From assembly GCF_001194135.2 (NCBI RefSeq), contig NC_068992.1, forward strand, positions 27,905,792-27,938,023: DNA of 32,232 nucleotides, read 5' to 3'. Position 1 is the stretch's first letter. Every line of letters begins with the position of its first letter. Of this stretch, positions 1 to 10,240 are shown one piece after another. The stretch comes from Octopus bimaculoides. Lineage: Eukaryota. Below the pieces are notes generated by a model. The model made no database searches. It saw nothing but the letters and a program-made list of their open reading frames with translations, and was not told the origin of the DNA. Position numbers and translations under genes: made by a program.

Positions 1-35
<35 letters not shown>

Positions 36-84
36 ATATTACTCTTTTATTCATTTCAGCCATGGTCATGCTGGAGCACCACCA

Positions 85-1340
85 TGGTCTTTCTGACTTC
101 CTCAGTGTGGGTGTTTCACATCACCACTCCTGTATGTGCTTTTGTCCCAGCTATTGGTCCATTTGGTGTATAAGGGAGTTTGATTCCGCTGCCCTCGTCT
201 GTGCCTAATGTCAGTCTGTTGGTTCATCTGGTATGGTGGAAAGGAGGATGTCTAGTTCCTTTTTGAAGACATCTACTTCCACCTTATGCAAATTTCTTAT
301 TTTTTGTGGTAGGGCATTGAAGAGATGTGAGCCTTTGAACCTTAGACTATTGCAATAGCTGATCCTGAATTTAGATGAAGTGGATTGTACCGTTGGTACA
401 ATAAAATGATGGCCAGTTCTGGCATTTGCGTAACACTCAATGCCAAAGTTAGGTACTAGCCCTTCTGGTATTTTCCATATGTATATTATTGCATATCTCT
501 CATGCTTTCGCTCCTGGGAGTAAAGCTGTAGTTTTCTCAGCCTGTCCCTGTAGCTCATTCACTGCACTGTTTCAACCTTGTTAGTGTAGTGGCGCTGGAC
601 CGTTAGTTTGGCACTATGTAGTAACCATAATTGGGAGCAGTAATCCAGGTGGCTGAGAACAAAGGTTCTCCACAGGATCAATATAATTTCTTGGTCTCTT
701 GTCTTGAAGGACCTTAGTATCCATCCCACCAGTTGTCTGCACTTTGCTGCTATCTTGCTAATGTGCATATAAAATGATGTGTCATTGTGCATACTGATCC
801 CCAAGTCTTTCACTGCCTGTGACTCTGGGACTGTAGTGCCTTCGGGTCCTGTATATGTAGATTGTACTGTATTCATGAGTTGATAGTGCAGTGCTTGAAA
901 TTTTCCAGCATTCAACTGCATGATGTATACCCTGGCCCACTCATAGACTGAATTTAGGTCCTGCTGTAAGCTTGTGACATCATCTCGGTTTTTTATTACC
1001 TGTGATAATTTTGTATCATTGGCATAGCTAGTGACAGTAGCTGTCTGAGTGACCATGAGCATGCCTAAGAGAGCTATTATAAACAGTACTGGCCCCAGAA
1101 GAGTTTCCTGGGGGACACTAGTTAGGATTTGAGTTTCCTTAGGAAGGGCACCATTGGCTGCAACTACCTGACTTCTGTGTTTAAGTAAGTCATGTAGCCA
1201 CTCACCCAGTTTACCAGCAATGCCAAGGTCTCACAGCTTATTACATATCATGCCATGATCTACCTTATCAAATGCCTTTGCGAAGTCAAGGTATATCATG
1301 CTGACATCTGAATGGTCAAGTAGCTGTTTCAAAACCCAGT
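85..1340 (-). mobile_element. Decayed CR1/L2-type non-LTR retrotransposon, 3' half (reverse transcriptase)
   Basis: Frameshifted peptides IYLDFAKAFDKVDHG, SVPQETLLGPVLF, SYANDTKL (degenerate YADD), SHLDYCSQLW, YRDRLRKLQLYSQERKHERY; 5' end cut by the microsatellite at 1340. Confidence 0.88.
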
Positions 1341-1536
1341 ATGTATACCTGTATGTATGTATATATGTAGACACACACATATATATACACACATACATAT
1401 GTGTGTGTGTATGTATGTATATATACATATGTGTGTGTGTGTATATGTATATATATATATATATATATACACACAGATATACACTCATATATAGATATGT
1501 ACATACATACATATGCGTGTGTGTGTGTGTGTGTGC
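1340..1536. repeat. Compound (TA)/(CA)/(TG) microsatellite
   Basis: Directly visible dinucleotide repeats; further (TA)n tracts at 1-28, 10204-10238, 25627-25645, 26523-26548 and the window end. Confidence 0.95.
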
Positions 1537-1737
1537 ATGAGTTATATGCCATCGTCAGTAATATAATGTTTGACGATATAAAAAATGTACCCGCTATTTT
1601 ATTTATTTTTAGTGTACAGATCTTTAAAATTTTTTCTCGCCGTATGTTTCCAATTTTTTTGCACTGAAGTAAATTTGCATGTTTCGTTTTTGGATTTGGT
1701 TTGCAAGATTTTTTATGTGATTTCGTGTGTTGAAGCA

Positions 1738-1880
1738 TATTCTGTTGTGTCTGGGGAGAGTCATTTTCTTATTGAAAATTTTAGGAAAATAAAAAGAAAA
1801 ATAAGTGGAAATTTTACCGGTGAGTGTGTTAAATTTTAAGGCACAATAAGAAAATGACTCTCCCCAGACACAACAGAATA
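1738..1880. mobile_element. 143-bp MITE-like element with perfect 37-bp inverted ends, TA at both termini
   Basis: 1738-1774 TATTCTGTTGTGTCTGGGGAGAGTCATTTTCTTATTG is the exact reverse complement of 1844-1880; 69-bp spacer. Confidence 0.7.
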
Positions 1881-2070
1881 AATTTGCATGCTAATAACAA
1901 AAATTGAGCTTTTTTATTATTTATTTCTGGAGAAAATAAATGTAATTTTCGTCATCAACATACAAAACTACATCAATGTGGAAAATTTGAAAAAAAATTC
2001 TGATGGTAGGAAGAAATTTAAAAAGATTCCATTCCTTTTATGTTTGATTATGATAATCAACACTTCTCAC

Positions 2071-2115
2071 TTGCAGCGGTTTCTCAGCTGAGTTCAGTTC
2101 GGTTATTTTGATCAT
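2071..2115 (-). CDS. Candidate first coding exon of an unidentified divergent gene (MIKITELNSAEKPLQ)
   Basis: ATG at 2115-2113 with an in-frame stop further upstream, 15 codons, then CAA|GTGAGA donor at 2070; weak Kozak context; no homology recognised. Confidence 0.3.
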
Positions 2116-2119
2116 TAAA

Positions 2120-3300
2120 TTACAGTAAATTACGATATATAATAAAGAATAAAACAATAGTGGGGATTCGTGACGAAAGCGAAAGTTGACAGCCGTGTGA
2201 CAAGAACGCTCTGATGGTTCTTACAGCTGAAGCTACAAAACAACAGCTAAGAAAAATAGGTTTAAAAATCTGGTTTACAAAGAAATGATTTACACAAGAC
2301 AGGAGTAGCAATCTACGAAAGAAAGAAATGACTGCAGATGTGAGAAGAGATAACACCAATAAAATGAAGCACATTGATTTAAGAAAATTATTTCGTCGGT
2401 GACATATTCAAGGGACACCGGTTGATCACGGAAGCAAAACAGAATGATCAAAGTGGAGTCCAGATTAAACGAGAAAAGACCGTACGTAGATCAATAAATA
2501 ATTTCATTCAATTCATTTAATATATATTTCGTTTATTTCTTTTCTAATGCAATTTTTGAAAAATAACAATATAACTAGTTCTTAGATTTCGTTTCAGAAA
2601 TAAGAAAACATGTATAGCTTCATGACGAGAGTAATTGTATATATAACTGTTTGCTCCAACCACATATAGTAAATAAAGACAATCGTTGTCTAAGCAATAA
2701 CTTAATTGACAAATATATTAAACCCTTACCAGCACTTGTCTTAAGAATCATACAATTACTAACAAACATGTCTGAAGCCTAAAAGAGAAAGCCTTCTATT
2801 AGAGGCCTGCGAGACTATGTCGCATAGAACCGAAGCAAACTATAATATATGTAACTCCTACTATATGTGTTGAGTGCCCTTTTGTTTCGTTTGTCCCTCA
2901 TNNNNNNNNNNTATAATACAGAGCGAAAGCGCTAAGCAGTGATGTGTATGAATACAAACTTGTTGCCAGTTCAAATATGCTTGACGCATATTCGAGCTAT
3001 CCTTCGATATAACTCGCAGCTGAGCTGCGCACACACGCCTTCGCGTCAAAACGAAAGATTGCCCATATTCGAACCCGCTGTCAACAGCGAGAAATTTTCT
3101 CCATGACGAAATACAGTGAATGGCTTTCTTGCGGGTTCGAATATTCCTCGAGCATATTTGAAGACATCACAAAAACTGTTACTCAGTTTGACGTTCCCAT
3201 CCGTCGGTCAGTTTTGGTTTCTCAACTCAAACTCTCAGACGAGCAGGAACGTGAAACTCTGAATAACAGTTTTTGTGATGTCTTTGCAGCTTTATTAACG
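2120..3300. promoter_or_regulatory. CpG-enriched, largely repeat-free block; probable bidirectional promoter / 5' end of SNX25
   Basis: CG dinucleotides are visibly denser (especially 2930-3260) than in the CpG-depleted introns. The block lies 0.8-1.9 kb upstream of the SNX25 ATG and just upstream of a minus-strand donor at 2070. Confidence 0.55.
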
Positions 3301-3485
3301 AAGCATTTTACTCTACCTCCTGTATTTGAATGCTATTTTTTCCGCCTTGTTTCACATTTATGTACTTACTCTGGTATATATGGTAATCCTTCAGTGTGTA
3401 TATAACTTTATAAATACGAGGGTAGAAATTATTAAATTTATACCAGTGGTTAGCATGCGTGTATATTTCATACACTAGATGTGAA
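3090..3485 (+). other. Candidate non-coding first exon (5' UTR) of SNX25; start position is a guess
   Basis: Exon 1 has an acceptor at 4041, so an upstream exon is implied. A consensus donor GAA|gtaagt lies at 3486, at the edge of the CpG-rich block. Confidence 0.3.
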
Positions 3486-4061
3486 GTAAGTGCTGTAGGC
3501 ACTTTGTTTCATTCTTAGGCAGGATATATATCATGTTACTGAACAATATATAGCTGCAATAGACAACCATTCTATTGTAGATTTTCCTCTCAACTATTTA
3601 TTGCTACAGAAACACAACTTAAACATTGATTTTGTATACCCACTATCTTCATGAAATGATTGATATTTTCTAAACTAAATTAGAAGGTAAATAAAAGCTA
3701 CCATATTTACTTAAGTCACACTCCTAATTTAGTGTTAAATCTTGTTACAAAATTTTTTTACTTCCTAATTTTAGTTTTGCCTCATATATAAGCCTCACCC
3801 CAGTTTTCAGTTGAAATCAAGTATAAAGACTTGTGACTTATACATAAGTATTATGTATTATGATATTGTTTTAGCAGATATAAATATAACTATAAATATA
3901 TATAGTTTTGTAGTTATGAATGTGCAAATGGTCCTTAAAGGTAGAAAAAAATATGTTAGTGCTTCTAATGTGAAATGTGCAACAGAACTGAATATTTTCC
4001 AGATTATTTCTAAAATGTCTATTTTGTTATTTCCTTTTAAGGATGATGAATTGTTGATATA

Positions 4062-4286
4062 ATGAAGAGATTGTCCCTGGCTTTCAGTATTGGAGGTGTG
4101 GCACTTGCAGTATTCTGGCGCCATGGTTTGTTTAGCTATATCTCCTTCACATTGCTCTATGCATCGGTCTGCCTTCTTGGTGTGTCGGTCGGAGTGCGAT
4201 GGTTCATTGACAGAAGCCCATTTTACCGTACAGCATTACCTCCTCAGACTTCAAGTTTCCTAGGGCTTCTGGTTCAGAAAGTCAAG
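4062..4286 (+). CDS. SNX25: SNX25 coding exon 1 (start codon, hydrophobic membrane-anchor segments)
   Basis: [48 protein letters not shown]...QKVK; in-frame TGA at 4047-4049 upstream; acceptor ttccttttaAG at 4040-4041; donor AAG|gtaagc at 4287; phase 0. Confidence 0.88.
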
Positions 4287-5357
4287 GTAAGCATTCTTTT
4301 TTTTAAAAAAAACACATTTCGCTTTTACAACTAATGAAGAATGAAACATCATCATCATCATCATTCAGTGCTTGCTTTCTATTCTGACATGAATTAGATG
4401 ATTCGATTGAAACTGGTAACCTGGAGAGCTGTACCAGGTTCCAGTCTGATCTGGCAATGTTTCTACAGCTGAATACCCTTCCTAATGCCAACCACTCCAA
4501 GAGTGTAGTAGGTGCTTTTACGTGTCACCAGCATTGGCCATGACTACGATTTCACTTGGCATGGTGAGTCTTCTCAAGCACAGCAAATCACCAGAGATCT
4601 TGGTCACTTGTCATCATCTCCGTGAGGCCTAACATTCAAAGATCACGCTTCACCACCTTGTCTCGTGTCTTTCTGGTTCCCTCCATAGTTAGATATCGGC
4701 ACCTCTTTACGCAACTATCCTCTCCCATATTCATCACATGACCATACCAGCACAGTCTTCTCTCTTGCACATCAGTCACATCTGATGCCTCTTATACTCA
4801 ATTTTTCTCTCAAGATGTTTACACTTTGTTGTACATGCACACTGACAGTGCAAATCCAGCAAAGCATACTAACTTTATTTCTTTCAAGCTGTCGCATGTC
4901 CTTGGCAGTCACTGCTGTATAGCATGGCAACCATTGTCAAAAGTTGAAATTAAGTATTTTTTAGTCTTAGGTCAGCCCTGAATGAGCAGATGTACAATAA
5001 AAAGTGTTTCAGCTATGACCATCCCATCTTTACTTCTAGTAGAGAGTCTTGGGAAGTTAAATGTACCCATGAAACGTTATGTGAAGTAATTGCTAAAAGT
5101 TTGGGTTTTTTTTTCTCTTTTCCTTTCTTTACTCTCTTTTGTTATCTCTTTCATTTGCAGAAAAAGAAAATGGCTCTTCTCTCAAAACAGAGGAAAGTGG
5201 TGACATCACAGAACTTGGATTTGGCTATTCTTGAAGTAATCGACCTGTCAATTAGAGATTTTGTCATGACATGGTATAAACCTATTGGTAAAGATGATGA
5301 GTCAGTAGCACAGTTAATCAAGTGAGTAGCAATTTATTATTATTATTATTATTATTA

Positions 5358-5392
<35 letters not shown>

Positions 5393-6565
5393 ATATTATT
5401 ATTATTCATATACACTCAACAGATTAGACTGTTGGAAAAGAAAAGAATCCTAACATCGGGCTACAACAAGTAGCCTTGGATGCCAAGAATCCTCCTATTG
5501 GGTTACAGCAAGTGACCTTAGATGCCAAGAACCCTCCTAAGTATTCTAGCTGTCCCTAATAATACTGTTTTCTGCAGTTGTACTAAACTGGGTTTTATGC
5601 CTATTTCCTCTATCCATCTGTTCAGAGCTTTAGGGATTGTTCCCAATGCACCTGTAACTACTGGGGTACATTTTACATACACTTTCCATAGTCTCTGTAA
5701 TTCAATAACTAGGTCCTGGTACTTTGCTATTTTTCTTTACCTCTCATATTAATATTTTCATCATTTGGGACTGTAAAGTCAATTATCTGGCACTTTCTAT
5801 TCTCTTTATCTAGTACTACTAAATCAGGCCTTCTAGCTTCTATTACTCTGTCAGTTTGAATGTCAAAGTCCCACAACATCTTCTATTTCTTACTTTCTAG
5901 TACTTTACTTGGTTCCAAATCCTAGCTTTCTACATAGCTACTAGTGGATTGCTCTTCTTAGATTGTCAGATTGTCATGTCTTTTCATGTATTCTTTTTGT
6001 GCCAGCATGCTACATTCACTTACTATATGAGCAATGCTTTCCTCTTTTGATTTGCATAATCTACATTGGGAATCTACTTGGTTTTTGTCTAGCTTGGCTG
6101 TTATCCAATGCTTGATCTTGTGCAGCTACTAACAAACTTTGTCTCTCCCTTCAGTTTTCCTTTCTGCAGCCATAACCATGTCTCACTACTAGTATTTGCT
6201 GAAACTATCTACCATGCAATGCCTTCTCCTGCCAGTCAGATAATTTCTAGTCTTTTTTCTGGTTTTTAATTTCGTTTGGGTTTTTGGTTTCCCTATGTCT
6301 TACTGTGACTCTAGCAGCTTTTAATAAACTTTCTTCACTACTACCTACATAGGAGTCTATATCTACTCTAACAAACTCCACGCAGTCTTCTACTGATATT
6401 AACCCTCTTCCACCTTCCTTTCTAGGTAGGTATAATCTTGCTACTCCTGCCCTTGGGTGTCTTTATTTTAATGGCCTACCAATGTGTACAGTGAGTTTCT
6501 CTTCTCTAAGTGTTAGGAAGACACTCAGCAAGAAATGGAAACAGAATTCAAAGAAGATGATAATG

Positions 6566-6597
<32 letters not shown>

Positions 6598-9500
6598 TCG
6601 AATGTGGAATCTAAAAACAGAAACAATTCCTATCATAGTAGGTGCCTTAGGTATAATAAAAAAATATTCAGACAAATACATAACAAAAACACCAGGACTT
6701 ACAAATATATATGACATACAGAAAATTGCACTACTGGGCACTGCACACATCCTACGCAAAACACTTTCAATACAGTAAACATAAGAGCATCACAGCAAAC
6801 CACAGCACATACCCAAGGCACACAGAGCTGCGCTCGGTAGTGAAGTGAAAGCACGTTATAAAAATAAAACTACTGAACAATAATAATAATTTTAAAAAAC
6901 CATCGCATGTACTCTATAGGTTGGATACCTGACAGAACACAACTTGCATTACTCACACAATACACAATACAAACACTAATACAACAAAAGACTACAACCA
7001 AATCCCAAAGGAAAACAAACTGATGCAATACAACGCCTGAAAGAGTTTGTATTTCCCAACAACAAAAAAGAACACACAATGCTGCATACATCCCAGCAAC
7101 ATGGAGGTGTAGCTGGTGATGCAGTAGAAATCTGCCTGAAACTATCAAATGCTGAGTAATAATAATAATAATGAATGTTTCTTTTTCCTTACTCACAGAT
7201 CTGACATTTGGATTGTAATAGAGAAACTGTCTGTTCGTTTGTCAAAAGTTGACATGGTGAAGTTTATGACACAGGACCTCATTAATGCATTACACAATCA
7301 CTTTAAAGAGATACGGTTATCATCTAAAACGTAAGTAATTTTTCTTGCATATTTTTTTTATTTGTTTCTTTGACCAATTCAGTTTTGGTCTCTTTCAATC
7401 CCACAAATATCATAAAAGAGACACAGTAAGCCATATCATCATCATCATCATCATCATCGTTTAATGTCCGCTTTCCATGCTAGCATGGGTTGGACGATTT
7501 GACTGAGGACTGGTGAAATCGGATGGCAACACCAGGCTCAAATCTGATTTGGCAGAGTTTCTACAGCTGGATGCCCTTCCTAACGCCAACCACTCAGAGA
7601 GTGTAGTGGGTGCTTTTACGTGTCACCCGCACGAAGGCCAGTCAGGCGGTACTGGCAACGGCCACGCTCAAAATGGTGTATTTTATGTGCCACCCGCACG
7701 AGAGCCAGTCCAGGGGCACTGGTAACGATCTCGCTCGAAAATCCTACGAAGGCCAGTCAATTCTTTTCCTCACCCATGCTCTACAGGCTCTGACCCACAA
7801 AATGAATTGGTGAGTGGGCAGAATCGTTAGCACACCGGGAAATATGCTTAGCAGCATTTCATCCGTCATTACGTTCTGCGTTCAATTTCTGCTGAGGTCA
7901 ACTTTGCCTTTTGTCCTTTTGGGATCGGTTGAGCACCGAGGTCGATATAATCAATACCCCTTCTCTGAAATTGTTGGCCTTGTTCCAAAATTTGAAATCA
8001 ATATTGATAATAATAGATTACATTGTAAGATTTGTATACTCCAGTGAATCCATATTCCTTTTAAAAGTAACTGATCATCAGAAAAGTGACAAGATCTGTA
8101 ACTTTCTTTTTTCTTCTTCTGTTGCTCCTGTTAGGTCAAAAGAATCAGCCAATCACAAATACACAATTTATCCCTGGTTGGAGAATGAAGAAAAGGAGAA
8201 AGAATTCCTTAGATTTCTAACCAACTCTATAATGTTTGTACTTCTACCTACAAACTATGCTCATTGTGATATTGTTCGACATTTACTGAGGGAGATTTTC
8301 ACTGTATCTGGTAAGCTTCCTGTTGTTTTCAGCATTTTTCCGAAGTTTTTATTTTTAATTAATGCACTCTTCAATACCTGGGATCAGGTTGACAACTTGT
8401 TATATGGTCACTCGACTGGCTAGAAATAGCAGTCAAATTTCCTTCAAATGACATAGTTTGATCTTAAAAGGAATGACACATTGGATAATATAGCCATATT
8501 ACTACACTGTAATTGAAAGTATGATGAGATTGTTATGGTTGAAACTCCTTTGATCAAAGATCTTCTCAATCAGCACAAGCCCTTCATAAAATTTAATCTA
8601 ACCCTGCATCTATCACAGGAGGCACAAGCAAGCACTTTCCCACATATAAACACACAGCAAAGCTTCCACCTAAATACATTGACAAGGCTATGGTTTGCCC
8701 AAAGCTATAGTAGAAGACACTTTGCCAAGGTGCTGCGCAGTGGGACTGAACCCAAAACCACATGGTTGCAAAGAGCTTCTTAACCACGCAACCATGCTTG
8801 TATTTAGTGCTGGGTTTAATGAGGTGTAGATCCTTCCCATTAAAAAAAATATTGGTTGTATGTGATTTGGCTGCTATTTTTAGTGAGCCAGTGACCACAA
8901 AGAGGCTCTCATTGGCTGCTAGAGAGACACATACAGTACTTCCACTAAAAGCAGAATAGTTTTCAGTTGGATGAAATTCTTAGAGGAAAAATCACGAGAA
9001 AAATGTCTGTGAGAGTTAAAGTATATCTGTTACAGATGATGATGATGATGATGGTGATGGTGTGGTGATATCACATAACAGCACCAAGGGAGCTTCTAAG
9101 CAATTGCCTGTCCTGCTAGAAATAGTATCCAAAGCTCCCTCATTTGCCATGTTAACATGAGTTGGATGGGTCATCACGGTCTCAATCACTTATCCAGAGT
9201 CACTGCTCCCTTTGACAGGTTTGAGGATCATGTTTTGCTTGTATGTTCTATTTTAGCATGGTTTCCATGACTGGATGCCTGTCCTAATACCAACCACTTT
9301 ATAGTGGTCACATTTTACTATGGCACCAGAACTGGAGAGGTTGTCATATCGTCAGTAAAACTGAAAAGTGCTCTCTATCCTAAATGAAAAAGGTTTACAT
9401 TGAAAAAGATAGGATAGGCATGGCTGGAATACCTTTGATCATTAGTCTGCTTGATCAGAGCTAAACAACAAAATGACAAGAATATGAAATATTTGTATTG

Positions 9501-10201
9501 GGTGGGAGTGGAACACTGCTGATATTTTTATAGCAATTTTCTTTATTCTTCGTCAGCCCTAATTGAACAGACCTGTGGTCGAATATCTTCAACCCATGAC
9601 CATCAAGTCATACTTTTTAAAAGACATAGTGTAGATATTTACTTAAGCCTTATGCTCCCTAACCCTGTCAAATTACTCTGTCAAATTTAATAATTTTTAA
9701 TTCACATAGTTTAGAATTTATCGTGCTGTATCTTGTATCTTTGAGATTTAAATGCGATGATTGTATATTTTTAGAAAGACATTGTAGGGTTGGTACATAA
9801 GGCCAGATTTTTACAGCTTGAAGATAAAACAGGTAAAATATTTGGGCTAGATATGGTTGGTTTAAATGCTAAAGGGTTAAGGAACATAAGCCATTGACAA
9901 CTTTTTTTCCATTGTTCTTGACTCTGGATTGTCTTTCCCTGAGGGGAGGCTGGCCTATTCCAGTTCTTGTTTGTTTTGAATTTTCATTGATACTTCTGTA
10001 ACCTTGCTTTTTCAAAGTTAAGATATTGGCCCTACCCAAACCAATTTTTATTTTTAGGAAGCGGTGGTCCATATTAGTCTGGTCTCTCTTTGACCTGTCA
10101 AGCATAGGAGGCCCTATCAGGTGCTGGCACTCTGCTGGCTTAGCTCTCAGGGCCACCACACTGCAACAAGGACTAGAACTTGTGGCAGATATACATTATA
10201 T

Positions 10202-10240
<39 letters not shown>

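Noticed and set aside
1231-1738. Overlapping ORFs rich in Y/I/C/V/H/T, and similar I-rich or D-rich ORFs elsewhere
   Set aside because: They are translations of dinucleotide and trinucleotide microsatellites; only the RT part near 1231-1340 is meaningful.
3103-3405. 100-aa ORF upstream of SNX25
   Set aside because: No recognisable domain. It cannot be a simple in-frame extension because of the TGA at 4047. At most it is a uORF.
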